Shown: positions 1 through 10,637 of the stretch, piece by piece | Layout of the letters: each line of letters begins with the position of its first letter | Numbering within the stretch: position 1 is the first letter of the stretch | Source of the DNA: an uncultured delta proteobacterium | GTDB taxonomy: Bacteria; Myxococcota_A; Polyangia; Polyangiales; Polyangiaceae | DNA: 64,000 bases | Direction of reading: 5' to 3' | Assembly (NCBI GenBank): GCA_963841435.1 | Contig: CAWJCS010000003.1 | Coordinates: 128,001-192,000, forward strand | Position numbers and translations under genes: made by a program | The notes under the pieces: model-generated | Databases searched by the model: none | What the model was told of the DNA's origin: nothing | The model's input: only the letters and a program-made list of their open reading frames with translations

Positions 1-935
1 CGACGCCGCGCGAGCGAGCCGAGGCAGGCCGTGTGTATCACCTGTTCGAGAGTCGCGATGAGGCGGAAGCCGACGCATACGCCCGGTCGCGCGACGCTCG
101 CCACCTGGTCAGCTACTTCGACGGCTCCGTGGGCGGCCTTCGACCAGGGGCGCCGGTCACGTTGCTCGGTGAGCGACTCGGGGTGGTGACCGACGTCTCG
201 TTGGTTCCGGATCCCGAGGCGAATCACGATGGGCGCCTCGCCGCCCGCGTCGCCTACGTGATCGACGCGCCGGCCCCGGACGCTCCGCGGAAAAGCTCGC
301 CGACCGATCTCAGCGACCGGCCGGTTCGGCACCAGGGGACGATTCCGGGTCTCGACGCAGGCCGGATCGGCGCCGTTCTCGAGGCGAGCGATCCGCTGAC
401 GGGCATGAAGCTGATTTCGCTCGAGTACGCCGAGGGGCCGGCGGGCGACGCACGATATGAGGGCGACGCCCTCGTCCTTCCGGGCCGAACCGCGGATTTT
501 CAGCAAGCGCTCCGCTCGCTCGGCTCGCTCTCGGATCGCCTGTCACGGATCCCGTTCGAGCGGATCGGAAAGAACCTGGATCGCAGCATGGCGTCGCTCT
601 CTCACGCGCTGAGCGGTCCCGAGCTCCGCCGCTCGATTGTCCTCCTGCAGTCGACGCTCGAGGAGACGCACGCCCTCGTGAGCGAGGTTCGGACCGGCGT
701 CAAGCCGACGCTACAGCGGCTACCTGCCATCGCTGAGCACCTCGACCAGGCGGTCGAAGGCGCGCGCGACGCGATCGGCCAGTCGGGATACGGGAGCGAC
801 TCCACGGTGCAGCGGAACCTCCAGCGCATGCTCGACGAGACGGCCAACGCGGCAAGGAGCTTGCGGCTGCTCGCCGACTTCCTGAATCGCCACCCGGAAG
901 CCCTCCTGAACGGGCGTTCGACGGAGGCGCCGTGA
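1..935 (+). CDS. pqiB: PqiB/MlaD (MCE-domain) intermembrane transport protein, 5' end outside window
   Basis: MCE motif YFDGSVGGLRPGAPVTLLGERLGVV, helical C-terminus ending LADFLNRHPEALL; frame is open back to the window edge; followed by pqiC. Confidence 0.85.
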   Translation, partial: TPRERAEAGRVYHLFESRDEAEADAYARSRDARHLVSYFDGSVGGLRPGAPVTLLGERLGVVTDVSLVPDPEANHDGRLAARVAYVIDAPAPDAPRKSSPTDLSDRPVRHQGTIPGLDAGRIGAVLEASDPLTGMKLISLEYAEGPAGDARYEGDALVLPGRTADFQQALRSLGSLSDRLSRIPFERIGKNLDRSMASLSHALSGPELRRSIVLLQSTLEETHALVSEVRTGVKPTLQRLPAIAEHLDQAVEGARDAIGQSGYGSDSTVQRNLQRMLDETANAARSLRLLADFLNRHPEALLNGRSTEAP

Positions 936-1544
936 GGCGGGCGGGGTGTCTCGTGCTGACCGCCGCGCTGACGGTGGTCGGCTGCGCGAGCTCGCCCGAG
1001 CCCGATTTTTACGCCCTTTCACCAATGGGAGGCCAAGCGCTGTCGAGCACCGAGCTTCGGGTGGAAGTGCGGCGACCCACGGCGCCGTCGTACCTCGATC
1101 GACCCGAGCTCGTGACCCGCACGAGCTCCGAAGAGCTCGCGCTCGACGAAACGGCGCACTGGGCCGCTCCGCTCGCCGAAATGGTCGGGCGCACGCTCGC
1201 CGAAAACCTGGCGGCGCGCCTGCCACGCGCTGCCGTGTACACGGAGGGCTTCGGCGGAGGGCAGGCGCCGGACCTGGTGATCGACGTTCGAGCTCTGGCG
1301 TTTCGAAACCGTGCGGGGTTCCGGGACGAAGCTCGACGCGACCGTCGCTTTGGGCTGGGCGTCCACTCACGCACCCGCGACGATCGAGCGCTTCACGCTG
1401 AGCGCTCCCGCCGGGACGACGGCCGGCGACCAGGTGCGCGAGCTCAACGCGATGCTCGGCCGGCTCGCCGATGCGGTTGCACGGCTGGTTCTGGCAGGCC
1501 CGGCAGGTGGGCATCGCGCCGCGGCGGCTCGTTCCGGAGACTGA
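932..1544 (+). CDS. pqiC: PqiC-family lipoprotein with a +1 base frameshift at ~1301-1303
   Basis: Lipobox VVGC, motifs PSYLDRPELV and HWAAPL; removing one T at 1301-1303 gives ...ALAFETVRGSGTKLDATV...LGRLADAVA, ending at 1544. Confidence 0.8.
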
Positions 1545-1567
1545 CCCGGCATCGTCCGAGCTCGCGT

Positions 1568-1583
1568 CGGCACGAGTCTTGCG
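1568..1583 (+). promoter_or_regulatory. putative sigma54 -24/-12 promoter of the antiporter
   Basis: CGGCACGAGTCTTGCG vs consensus TGGCACG-N4-TTGC; 31 nt before the ATG at 1615. Confidence 0.65.
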
Positions 1584-1614
1584 CGTATCGCGCGCTGGAG
1601 ACGGATTCCGACCG

Positions 1615-2820
1615 ATGCAACCCGAGATCGTCCTCGCCTTCGGCATCGTGCTGATCGTCGCCGTGCTCGTCTCGGCTCACGCGCACGAGACCGTGCTGTC
1701 GACGGCCGTCCTGTTTCTCTTGTGCGGATTTCTGGTGGGCGACGGAGCGCTTGGCTGGGTGCACGTGGGAGCGGAGGACGACACCGTGCGGGCGTTCGCC
1801 GAGCTGGCGCTGTTCGCCATCCTCTTCGTCGATGGCGCCGAGCTCAGCATGCGGGAGCTGGGCAAGGCCTGGAGGCTGCCTGGGCGGGCGCTGATCGTCG
1901 GCCTGCCGATCACGCTCGGTCTGATCGCGCTAGCGGGGAAGCTTTTTTTCGGTCTCACCTGGACGGAGGCGATCCTGGTCGGCGCGATCCTGAGCCCCAC
2001 CGACCCCGTGCTCGTCGCGACCATCCTCGGACGAGAAGCGGTCCCCTTGCGCCTCAGGCGCCTGCTGAGCGTCGAGAGCGGCCTCAACGACGGCCTCGCG
2101 TTGCCCATCGTGATGGTGGCGCTCGCCTACGCTGGCCACGAGCGCCCGAGCTTCGTCGAGCTGCTTCTCGACGGTGTTCTCGGCGTCGGCGTGGGCATCG
2201 TCGTCCCACTGGTTTTCTCCTGGCTCGAGGAGCGCTCCGTGTTCGGCGCCGCGCCGGCTTACCGCTCGCTCGCGGGGGTGGCGATTGCATTGGTGCTCTT
2301 CGGCCTCACCCGGGTGCTCGGCCTCAACGAGTTTCTCGCCGCCTTTGCGGGCGGTGTGGCGCTCGCGTCGAACCGACCGGGCTTCGCGCGTGATTTGCGC
2401 CGGTTCGGCGCCCCGCTCGCGGAGATCGGCAAGCTTTCGACCATCTTCCTGTTCGGGTCGCTCCTCAGCGTGCGGATGCTCGCGGCGCCCGGGCCCGCGG
2501 GGCTCGCGTTCGCAGCGGTTGCGCTGCTCGCGGCCCGGCCGGTGGCCCTGTTGCTCGCTCTTCGCGGCGCGGGACTCCAGCGCAAGGAGTGGCTCGCCGC
2601 GGCGTGGTTCGGCCCAAAAGGCTTCGCATCGTTGCTCTACGCGCTCCTGATGCTTCACGCCGGTCTGTCGCGCGGTGAGTTCCTGTTTCAGATCGTCGCG
2701 CTCGTCATCGCGATTTCGATCGCCGCTCACTCCTCGAGCGACGCCCCGCTGGCGCGCGCGTTTCGAACGCGAGAGAGCACCCCTGACGACGGACGAGAGC
2801 ACCGCTCGGTCGCGCCATGA
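1615..2820 (+). CDS. CPA1/NhaP-type cation:proton antiporter
   Basis: Polytopic membrane protein with LSPTDPV, ESGLNDG and WFGPKG motifs; start placed at ATG 1615 (MQPEIVLAF). Confidence 0.85.
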   Translation: MQPEIVLAFGIVLIVAVLVSAHAHETVLSTAVLFLLCGFLVGDGALGWVHVGAEDDTVRAFAELALFAILFVDGAELSMRELGKAWRLPGRALIVGLPITLGLIALAGKLFFGLTWTEAILVGAILSPTDPVLVATILGREAVPLRLRRLLSVESGLNDGLALPIVMVALAYAGHERPSFVELLLDGVLGVGVGIVVPLVFSWLEERSVFGAAPAYRSLAGVAIALVLFGLTRVLGLNEFLAAFAGGVALASNRPGFARDLRRFGAPLAEIGKLSTIFLFGSLLSVRMLAAPGPAGLAFAAVALLAARPVALLLALRGAGLQRKEWLAAAWFGPKGFASLLYALLMLHAGLSRGEFLFQIVALVIAISIAAHSSSDAPLARAFRTRESTPDDGREHRSVAP

Positions 2821-2936
2821 CGGGACACTCGTCGCTATTTGCCACGGCGTGGCACGTCTGCCTCGTCACGATACCCACGCCGTGTCTCTCTTGCCCCACT
2901 TCGCTTGCCGAGGCGAACACGATACGCCGCTCCGAC

Positions 2937-2952
2937 CGGTACGCCGTTTGCA
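2937..2952 (+). promoter_or_regulatory. putative sigma54 promoter of the act-cox operon
   Basis: CGGTACGCCGTTTGCA, 50 nt before the ATG at 3003; inverted repeat TGCCACGGCGTGGCA at 2840-2854 could be an activator site. Confidence 0.6.
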
Positions 2953-3002
2953 GCCCGTCGCGCGCCAACTCGCAAGCCCCATGTTGCGCAGTTGTCCACC
3001 CG

Positions 3003-3653
3003 ATGAGCGCACCTTTTCCCCCGTGGTCGAACTCCGCAGTACGCATGGGCGCGTTTGCGCTCGTTGGAGTCGGGGTCGCGGGACCGGCCGCGCTGATGGC
3101 CTGGGTGCGAAGCCCGCTGCACACGGGAAAAGGCGAGCCCATCGTGCAGCCCGTTGCCTTCGATCATCGCCATCACGTGCGCGACGACGGCATCGATTGT
3201 CGATATTGCCACTACGACGTCGAGCGCTCGCCCATGGCGGGCGTTCCTGACACAGGGCTTTGCATGAACTGCCACGCGCAGATTTGGACCGATAGCCCAC
3301 TGCTCGAGCCGGTACGAAAGAGCTACTTCGAGAAAGAGCCGATTCGCTGGGAGCGCGTCAACGTGCTCCCCGACTTCGTCTTTTTCAACCATTCGATTCA
3401 CGTGTCCCGGGGCGTCGGCTGCGAGGCGTGCCATGGCCGCGTCGATTTGATGGCGGGAGTTCAGAAGGCGAGCTCGCTCGATATGGATTTCTGCCTCGGG
3501 TGCCACCGTGAGCCGTGGAAGCACCTGAGACCGGCCGACGCCGTCACGCAAATGGGCTACGTGCCGAGCGAGCCGCAAGCCGAGCTCGGCTGGCGACTCC
3601 AGCGCGAGCACCACATCAACCCTCCCACCTACTGCAGCGGCTGTCACCGCTGA
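3003..3653 (+). CDS. actA: alternative complex III pentaheme cytochrome c subunit
   Basis: One N-terminal TM helix and five CxxCH motifs (CRYCH, CMNCH, CEACH, CLGCH, CSGCH); QPVAFDH and LPDFVFFNHS motifs. Confidence 0.9.
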   Translation: MSAPFPPWSNSAVRMGAFALVGVGVAGPAALMAWVRSPLHTGKGEPIVQPVAFDHRHHVRDDGIDCRYCHYDVERSPMAGVPDTGLCMNCHAQIWTDSPLLEPVRKSYFEKEPIRWERVNVLPDFVFFNHSIHVSRGVGCEACHGRVDLMAGVQKASSLDMDFCLGCHREPWKHLRPADAVTQMGYVPSEPQAELGWRLQREHHINPPTYCSGCHR

Positions 3654-3663
3654 GGGCGCGACG

Positions 3664-6528
3664 TTGGAACGACTCGTCCCCACCACCGCGCTCACTCGAA
3701 GGCGACTGTTCGCCTACGGTGCAGGGCTCGCCGCGGAGCTCTACGGCTGCAGCAAGCCACCGCCCGAAAAGATCGTGCCGTATGCCGAGCGCCCGCCGGA
3801 GGTGGTGCCGGGAGTCGCGCGCTACTACGCAACCTCGACGTTCCGCGAGGGCTACGCCGTCGGGCTCCTCGCCGAAAGCCACGAGGGCCGCCCGACCAAG
3901 CTCGAAGGGCACCCGCACCACCCGTCGAGCCTCGGCGGACTCTCGTCGCGCGAACAGGCGGCGATCATCGGCTTGTACGATCCCGATCGGGCCCGCGGCA
4001 CATGGAACCGCGGCGCCCCCGCGCCGTACGCGCGGCTTCGAAGAGCACTCGGGCCGGACGGCCAGGAGCGCTGGATGCAGGGGCGGGGCGCGCAGCGTGG
4101 CGACGGGCTTCACGTCTTGATGGAGCCTACATCGTCGCCGCTCGTCGAATGGCTCGTCGGGCGGCTTCGCGATCGGTATCCCGCCGCGTGGATCCACGTC
4201 GCCTCGAGCGCGGGGGTCCCGGCGCGCTGGCTCGCTGCGCGTCAGCTCCTCGGTGAGACGCTGGAGCCGAGGTTCGACCTCGGGAAGGCGGACGTCGTCG
4301 TCGCCCTGGATGCCGACTTCCTCGCCACGATGCCGGCGTCTCTGCGCATGGCGCGCGATTTCGCGAGCGGCCGCGGCGGCGCGACCCCGTCGGCGCGACG
4401 CAATCGCCTGTACGCGATCGAGAGCACCGTGACGCCCACCGGAGCCAGCGCGGACCACCGGCTCGCGGTCCCGGCGGGGCGCGCCGGGGCGCTCACAGCC
4501 GCCCTGTTCCGCGCCGTCGCGGCCTCGGTGGCTCCGGAGCTCCGCGTTGCGGACGCCGCCGGCCGCGCCGCACTTTCGGGGTTCGAGCGCGCGTTCGTCG
4601 AGGCCTGTGCGCGCGATCTCACGAAACATCGCGGCGCGAGCGCCGTGATCGTCGGCGACCGCCAACCGGCGTTCGTCCACGCTCTCGCCCTCGGCATCCA
4701 GGCGCTACTCGACGACTTCGGAAAGACCGTGGAGCTCGTGGAGCCGCCGCTCTTCGGGGCACGCGAGGACGCCTGGTCCAACGCCGGCCTCCTCCAGGCC
4801 CTGGACGCGGGCGCCGTCGACACGTTGCTCGTGCTCGGGGCGAATCCCGCCTACACGTTGCCGCACGACGCGGATTGGTCGCGCCGGGTGCAGAAGGCAC
4901 GCGAGCGGATCCATCTGTCACTCTACGAGAACGAGACGACCAAGGATGCGACCTGGTTCGTCCCGGCGACGCACTTTCTCGAGGAGTGGGGCGACGGCCG
5001 CGCGCACGACGGCACGCTGACGCTCCGCCAGCCGCTCATCCGTCCGCTGTTCGATGGGACGAGCGCGGTCGAGCTGCTCTCGGCGCTCGTCGGCGTCGCG
5101 GACGACGCTCCACGCGCGCTGCTCGAGACATGCCACCGCGTCGCGAGCCGGCACAAGCTCAGCGCCTCGGAGTTCGAGCAGGCGGTGGAGCGCGGATTCG
5201 TCCCGGACACCGCGACGCCGGCGAAGCACGCGGCGATCGACCCGATTTTGCTCTCCGCCCTCGTCGATCGAGAGGATCTCGAGCCCCACGCGGGGATCGA
5301 GATCGACCTGTCGCCCGACCCACGCGTCGGCGAAGGCGACCTCACGAACAATCCCGTGCTGCTGGAGCAGCCAGAGGCCATCAGCAAGCTCGTGTGGGAC
5401 AACGCCGCCCTCGTCTCGCCCGTGCTCGCTCGCACGCTGGGAGTCGAGACGGGTGACGTGCTCGCGATCGACGCCGCTGGAGAGCGCGTCGAGCTCCCTG
5501 CGTTCGTCCAGCCGGGCCAGCCGGAGCGGAGCATCGGCTGCTGGCTCGGGTATGGGCGGAGCGGTAGCGAGCGCATCGCCGCGGGCGTCGGTGTGAACGT
5601 GTCACGCCTCAGAACGCGGGCATCACCCTTCGTCACGCGCGATGTGACCGTTGAGAAGACGGGGCGGCGCGTCGAGCTCGTCTCGACCCAGCGCGACGCC
5701 GAGCAACACGACCGCCCGCTCGCGCTGCGCTCGACGCGCGCCAGCTGGCGGGCGAACCCCGAGCTCGAGAGCGAGCCGCCGAGCATCCTTCCCGAGCGAC
5801 TCCACGGCTCGCCGCAATGGGGCATGTCGATCGACCTCGACAAGTGCACGGGCTGCAGCGCCTGCGTCGTCGCCTGTCAGATCGAAAACAACGTGCCCGT
5901 CGTCGGAAAGCCTCAGGTCGGGCTGGGTCGCGAGATGCACTGGATCAGGATCGATCGGTACTATGAAGGACAACGGTCGCCGCGCATCGATCTCCAACCG
6001 ATGGCGTGCCAGCACTGCGAGAAGGCGCCCTGCGAGTACGTCTGCCCCGTCAACGCGACGGTGCACAGCCCCGACGGGCTGAACGAGATGGTTTACAACC
6101 GCTGCGTCGGCACGCGTTTTTGCTCCAACAATTGCCCCTACAAAGTCCGGCGTTTCAACTTCTACAACTACAACCAATCACCGGACGAGATCGAGAAGCT
6201 CGAAAAGAACCCCGACGTGACCGTGCGCGGGCGGGGCATCATGGAAAAGTGCACGTACTGCGTGCAACGTATCCGACGCGCAGAGATCGACGCGAAGGTT
6301 GCTGGCCGGCCGCTTCGCGACGGCGATGTCGTGACGGCGTGTCAGGCAACGTGCCCCACCGGAGCCATCGTCTTCGGTTCGGTTTCCGAAAGCGAGTCGG
6401 CGGTGTCGCGCTCACTCGATACGAGCCGTGCCTATTCGGTGCTCGGCGACATCGGCACGCGTCCCCGCACGCGCTACCTCGCCCGGATAGACAACCCGAA
6501 CCCGGACCTCGTCGATGGTTCCGGCTGA
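3664..6528 (+). CDS. actB: alternative complex III ActB (molybdopterin-oxidoreductase-like plus Fe-S domain)
   Basis: Tat-like TRRRLF signal, GRPTKLEGHP, C-terminal CTGCSACVVAC, CQHCEKAPC, CVGTRFCSNNCP and EKCTYC motifs. Confidence 0.9.
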   Translation: MERLVPTTALTRRRLFAYGAGLAAELYGCSKPPPEKIVPYAERPPEVVPGVARYYATSTFREGYAVGLLAESHEGRPTKLEGHPHHPSSLGGLSSREQAAIIGLYDPDRARGTWNRGAPAPYARLRRALGPDGQERWMQGRGAQRGDGLHVLMEPTSSPLVEWLVGRLRDRYPAAWIHVASSAGVPARWLAARQLLGETLEPRFDLGKADVVVALDADFLATMPASLRMARDFASGRGGATPSARRNRLYAIESTVTPTGASADHRLAVPAGRAGALTAALFRAVAASVAPELRVADAAGRAALSGFERAFVEACARDLTKHRGASAVIVGDRQPAFVHALALGIQALLDDFGKTVELVEPPLFGAREDAWSNAGLLQALDAGAVDTLLVLGANPAYTLPHDADWSRRVQKARERIHLSLYENETTKDATWFVPATHFLEEWGDGRAHDGTLTLRQPLIRPLFDGTSAVELLSALVGVADDAPRALLETCHRVASRHKLSASEFEQAVERGFVPDTATPAKHAAIDPILLSALVDREDLEPHAGIEIDLSPDPRVGEGDLTNNPVLLEQPEAISKLVWDNAALVSPVLARTLGVETGDVLAIDAAGERVELPAFVQPGQPERSIGCWLGYGRSGSERIAAGVGVNVSRLRTRASPFVTRDVTVEKTGRRVELVSTQRDAEQHDRPLALRSTRASWRANPELESEPPSILPERLHGSPQWGMSIDLDKCTGCSACVVACQIENNVPVVGKPQVGLGREMHWIRIDRYYEGQRSPRIDLQPMACQHCEKAPCEYVCPVNATVHSPDGLNEMVYNRCVGTRFCSNNCPYKVRRFNFYNYNQSPDEIEKLEKNPDVTVRGRGIMEKCTYCVQRIRRAEIDAKVAGRPLRDGDVVTACQATCPTGAIVFGSVSESESAVSRSLDTSRAYSVLGDIGTRPRTRYLARIDNPNPDLVDGSG

Positions 6529-7906
6529 CAACGAGCTCATCGAAGGGCGCTTCACGGACGCGAGCCTAACGGATCGCTTGCTGTCGCCGCTCGCCGTGCG
6601 CTCGAAGGCGTTTCGCCCGCTGTTCGTCGTGCTCGGCCTCGGCGCCCTGATGGAATTTGCGGCCATCGGCTACACGTTCCTCACGGGCATCGGCACCTGG
6701 GGCAACAACATCCCGGTCGCCTGGGCATTCGCGATCACCAACTTCGTCTGGTGGATTGGCATCGGCCACGCGGGCACGTTCATCAGTGCGATTCTCTTGC
6801 TGCTCGAACAGCGCTGGCGCACGTCGCTGAACCGCCTCGCCGAAGGCATGACGCTGTTTGCGCTGGTTCAGGCCGCGACGTTCCCGCTCCTTCACATGGG
6901 GCGGCCGTGGTTCTTCTACTGGCTGATCCCCTACCCGGCCACGATGGGCGTCTGGCCGCAGTTCATCAGCACGCTCACCTGGGACGTCGCGGCCGTCACC
7001 ACGTACACCATCGTTTCGGTCCTGTTCTTTTACCTCGGGCTGATTCCCGATCTCGCAACGGCCCGCGATCGTGCGAGGTCACGCACTCGGCGCACCGTGT
7101 ACGGCCTGTTCGCGCTCGGCTGGCGGGGCTCCGGCAAGCACTGGCGCCATTACCGCAGCGCCCAGCTTTTGCTCGCGGGGCTCGCGACGCCGCTCGTCCT
7201 GTCCGTGCACAGCATCGTCAGCATGGATTTCGCGATCGCCAAGCTGCCCGGCTGGCATTCGCCGATTTTCCCGCCGTACTTCGTCGCGGGCGCGATCTTC
7301 AGCGGCTTTGCGATGGTCATCACGCTGATCGTGCCGCTCAGGCGCTTCTTCCACATGGAGGACGTGATCACGAAGCGGCACCTCGACCTGATGGCCAAGC
7401 TGATGCTGCTGACGGGGCTCATCGTCGCCTACAGCTACGCGAGCGAGCTTTACGTCGCCTGGTACAGCGGCGACCCGTACGAGCGCTGGATGGCCTTTCA
7501 CACCCGCATGCGCGGGCCGTTCGCGTTCGCGTATTGGACCGTCATCGCCTGCAACGTCGTGGCACCGGCGACGCTGTGGTTCCGCGGCGTGCGCACCAAC
7601 GCCTGGTGGCTCTGGGTCGTCTCGCTCGTCGTTCAGGTCGGAATGTGGGGTGAGCGCTTCATGCTGATCGTCACGTCGTTGTCGCAGGATTACCTACCCT
7701 CGAGCTGGGACCTCTACGTCCCCACGGTGATCGACGGCGCCATTCTGTTCGGCACCATCAGCTTCTTTCTCTTCCTTTTCCTCGCGATGCTGCGCTTCGT
7801 ACCGTGGCTGCCGATTGCAGAATCGAAGGAGCTCTTGCAAGAGCTCGAACGAGCACACGCGACTGCTGGAGAGGAGGCAAGCGATGCCGCGACTGCTGTT
7901 GGCTGA
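6515..7906 (+). CDS. actC: alternative complex III ActC (NrfD/PsrC family quinol-binding subunit)
   Basis: ITNFVWWIGIGHAGTFISA, LHMGRPW and SVHSIVS motifs; polytopic. Confidence 0.9.
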   Translation: MVPADNELIEGRFTDASLTDRLLSPLAVRSKAFRPLFVVLGLGALMEFAAIGYTFLTGIGTWGNNIPVAWAFAITNFVWWIGIGHAGTFISAILLLLEQRWRTSLNRLAEGMTLFALVQAATFPLLHMGRPWFFYWLIPYPATMGVWPQFISTLTWDVAAVTTYTIVSVLFFYLGLIPDLATARDRARSRTRRTVYGLFALGWRGSGKHWRHYRSAQLLLAGLATPLVLSVHSIVSMDFAIAKLPGWHSPIFPPYFVAGAIFSGFAMVITLIVPLRRFFHMEDVITKRHLDLMAKLMLLTGLIVAYSYASELYVAWYSGDPYERWMAFHTRMRGPFAFAYWTVIACNVVAPATLWFRGVRTNAWWLWVVSLVVQVGMWGERFMLIVTSLSQDYLPSSWDLYVPTVIDGAILFGTISFFLFLFLAMLRFVPWLPIAESKELLQELERAHATAGEEASDAATAVG

Positions 7907-8417
7907 GTTCGCCGACGAAAAGGCCTGCACTCTCGCCGTGCGGCGCATGCGCGAGGCCGGGCACAGCGAGATCGACGTGTACATGCCATACCCGTCGAAG
8001 CCCATCGAGGAGGCACTCGCTCTGCCGAAGTCGCCCTTGCCGCGCTACGTGCTCGCCGCGGGGCTGCTCGGCGCCGCGCTCGCGTACCTGATCCTCTGGT
8101 GGACCCAGCACGTGGACTATCCCCTCGACGTCGGCAGCCACCCGACGCACTCCTGGCCGGCGTTCATCGCCATCACGTTCGAGACGGCGGTGTTGTTCGC
8201 GTCACTGACGGCGTTTTTCGGTGCGCTCGCGCTCTGTCGCCTGCCGAAGCTCTACCACCCGGCGTTCAACGTCGAGGGGTTCGAGCGTGCGTCCGTCGAT
8301 CGCTTCTTTTTGACCCTCGTCCTCGAGCCGGAAGCCGAGGAGCGCGAACGGAGCGCGCTCGCCGAGCTCGGCCCGCTTCGCGTCGAGGGCGTCGACGCCC
8401 CGCCGGAGGGCACGTGA
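7884..8417 (+). CDS. actD: alternative complex III ActD (DUF3341)
   Basis: MPRLLLAEF start, YMPYP, PAFIAITFE motifs; two TM helices; operon position. Confidence 0.85.
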   Translation: MPRLLLAEFADEKACTLAVRRMREAGHSEIDVYMPYPSKPIEEALALPKSPLPRYVLAAGLLGAALAYLILWWTQHVDYPLDVGSHPTHSWPAFIAITFETAVLFASLTAFFGALALCRLPKLYHPAFNVEGFERASVDRFFLTLVLEPEAEERERSALAELGPLRVEGVDAPPEGT

Positions 8418-9019
8418 ACGCCGCCTTCGGCTTCGTCCCCCTGGCGCTCTTGCTCGCGAGCTGCCGCTCGGAGCACGTCTTCCGGCGCATCGATCCGAGC
8501 TTCAACCGGATGCAGGTGCAGCCCCGCTCTGATCCGTACGACGAAAGTCGCCTGTTTTCCGACGGGAGCACGATGCGCGCGCCCCCGGAAGGGACGCGGC
8601 CCTACGCGTCCACACCCGCCGATCCTCTCGTTGTCACCGGACGCTGCGGCGCCGCGCCCGTCGATTCGTTACCCGTCCCCTTGACGCGTTCGTTGCTCGA
8701 GCGCGGGCGCGGGCGGTTCGGCGTGTTCTGCGCCCCCTGTCACGGGGTGCTCGGCGACGGCGACAGCGTCGTCGCGACGCACATGGCCCGCCGGCCGCCG
8801 TCGCTCCACGAAGCGCGCATCCGGGCGCTCGCCGACGGCAACGTCTTCGGCGTGGTGACCGACGGGTACGGGTTCATGCCGGGGTATCGAGCGGAGCTGT
8901 CGTCCGAGGACCGCTGGGCCGTGGTCGCCTACGTGCGCGCGCTCGAACGGAGTCGCCACGCGCCCATGGCGGAGCTCCCTCCCGACATCGCCCATGAGGC
9001 CGAACGGAGGGCGGAGTGA
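8414..9019 (+). CDS. actE: alternative complex III ActE monoheme cytochrome c lipoprotein
   Basis: GTG 8414, lipobox LLASC, single CAPCH, GFMPGY...DRWAVVAYVRAL. Confidence 0.85.
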   Translation: MNAAFGFVPLALLLASCRSEHVFRRIDPSFNRMQVQPRSDPYDESRLFSDGSTMRAPPEGTRPYASTPADPLVVTGRCGAAPVDSLPVPLTRSLLERGRGRFGVFCAPCHGVLGDGDSVVATHMARRPPSLHEARIRALADGNVFGVVTDGYGFMPGYRAELSSEDRWAVVAYVRALERSRHAPMAELPPDIAHEAERRAE

Positions 9020-10170
9020 GCCGCCGCACCCTCGTCGCCGGCCTCGTGCTCGCCGGCATCTTCGGCACGCTCACCGCCTGTGGCTGGGTCGTCGCTCCGA
9101 AACAGGCGAGCCACGCCTACCTGTTCGCCTACATGTGCGCGCTCTCGATCGTCATCGGCGCACTGTTCCTGCTGATGATCGGCCACGCGGCGAACGCCAC
9201 GTGGTTCGTCCCGCTGCGGCGCTCGTGCGAGGCAGTCGTCGCGACCCTGCCACTGCTCTGCGTGCTGTTCGTGCCGATTTTGCTCTCCCTCGACAGCCTG
9301 TACCCCTGGACGCACCCCGACACCCTCGACCGGGTGGCGCGGCGCCACGTGCTCGAGAAGCGCGCGCTGCTGAACGAGCCCGCCTTCGCGCTCCGAGCGG
9401 CCGTGCTGTGGGCCGTGTTCTTGGTGCTCGGGGAGCTGTTGCGTCGCTACTCGCTCCGGCAGGATCGGGAGCAGCCCGAGAAGAATCGCACCAAGCTCGT
9501 CGCGCTCGCGGTAGGGGGGCTTCCCGTCCTCGCGCTGACCGTCACGGCCGCCTCCTTCGACTGGCTGATGTCGCTCGAGCCGAGCTTTTACTCCGACATT
9601 TACGGCGTGTACGTGTTCGCAGGCGGGTTCCTCGCGGCGCTCGGCCTGTTCGGCGGCATGACGGTCGTCGCCGCCCGGAGTGGGCACCTGCGCGGCGTCA
9701 CTCCCGAGCACTACTACGCCATCGGCAGGCTCGAGCTAGCGATGGTCATCTTCTGGACGTACATCGCCTGGGCCCAGCTCATGCTGATCTGGGTCGCCGA
9801 TCTGCCGCTCGAGACGAGCTTTTACCTCACGCGGTCGCGTCACGGCTGGCTGTGGGTGGGAGTCGCGCTGGTCGTCGTCCACTTCGCGATTCCCTTCGCC
9901 TTGCTGCTGTTTCGCGAGCTCAAGCGGCGACCGCGCGCGCTCTTCGCGGTGAGTGCGTGGCTGGTCGTGGTCCACGTGCTCGACCTCTACTACCTGGTCG
10001 CACCCGCGCTGGAGCCGAAGCATCCGGCTCCGTCGCTCCTGGATCTCAGCGCGCTGCTTGCCGTGGCCGGCGCGTGCATGGCGTTCGCTGCGCTGCGCGC
10101 GCGCGGTGTGGCTGCCGCACCCGAGAACGACCCGCTGTTCCGCGCGGGTCTCGAATACGAGCCGCCATGA
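9016..10170 (+). CDS. actF: alternative complex III ActF membrane subunit
   Basis: Polytopic, DWLMSLEPSFYSDIYG and QLMLIW motifs. Confidence 0.85.
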   Translation: MSRRTLVAGLVLAGIFGTLTACGWVVAPKQASHAYLFAYMCALSIVIGALFLLMIGHAANATWFVPLRRSCEAVVATLPLLCVLFVPILLSLDSLYPWTHPDTLDRVARRHVLEKRALLNEPAFALRAAVLWAVFLVLGELLRRYSLRQDREQPEKNRTKLVALAVGGLPVLALTVTAASFDWLMSLEPSFYSDIYGVYVFAGGFLAALGLFGGMTVVAARSGHLRGVTPEHYYAIGRLELAMVIFWTYIAWAQLMLIWVADLPLETSFYLTRSRHGWLWVGVALVVVHFAIPFALLLFRELKRRPRALFAVSAWLVVVHVLDLYYLVAPALEPKHPAPSLLDLSALLAVAGACMAFAALRARGVAAAPENDPLFRAGLEYEPP

Positions 10171-10637
10171 CCACCGAGCGTTCGATTCCGAAGCAAGCCG
10201 CCGAGAACATTCGGACCGGAACCGTGGCCGCGGTGCTCACGGTCGCCTTCGTCGTGGCTGCATTCTCCGTTTTCGTAGCGGGGCTCTTGCTGCACGGCTT
10301 CCGGGGCGCTCTCGGCGACGCTCACGCCAAAGCGCCGGGCGAGACCGTGGGCACCATCGAGCAGGGCCTCGTGCGAGGCCCGTCACGCGCGGAGCAGAAG
10401 GCACGAGCCGCTCACGACGAGCTCGAACGCTACGGCTTCGCGGATCGTGACGCCGGCTTCGCTACGATTCCGATCGAGCGCGCGTTCGACTGGATGCTCG
10501 CGGCGCAATCAGCTTCGCCGCCGGTCCCGCAGGCCACCTGCCCCCCCGCGGTCGATGACGCGAGCGGAGTGGACGCCGGCGCCGTCGAGCACGCCGGTGC
10601 GCCGACCCAGGCGGCCGAGCCCGCGGAGGCGCCATGA
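10167..10637 (+). CDS. actG: ActG-like small membrane protein
   Basis: ATG 10167 overlaps the actF stop; one TM helix and YGFAD...TIPIERA motif; typical position. Confidence 0.6.
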   Translation: MTTERSIPKQAAENIRTGTVAAVLTVAFVVAAFSVFVAGLLLHGFRGALGDAHAKAPGETVGTIEQGLVRGPSRAEQKARAAHDELERYGFADRDAGFATIPIERAFDWMLAAQSASPPVPQATCPPAVDDASGVDAGAVEHAGAPTQAAEPAEAP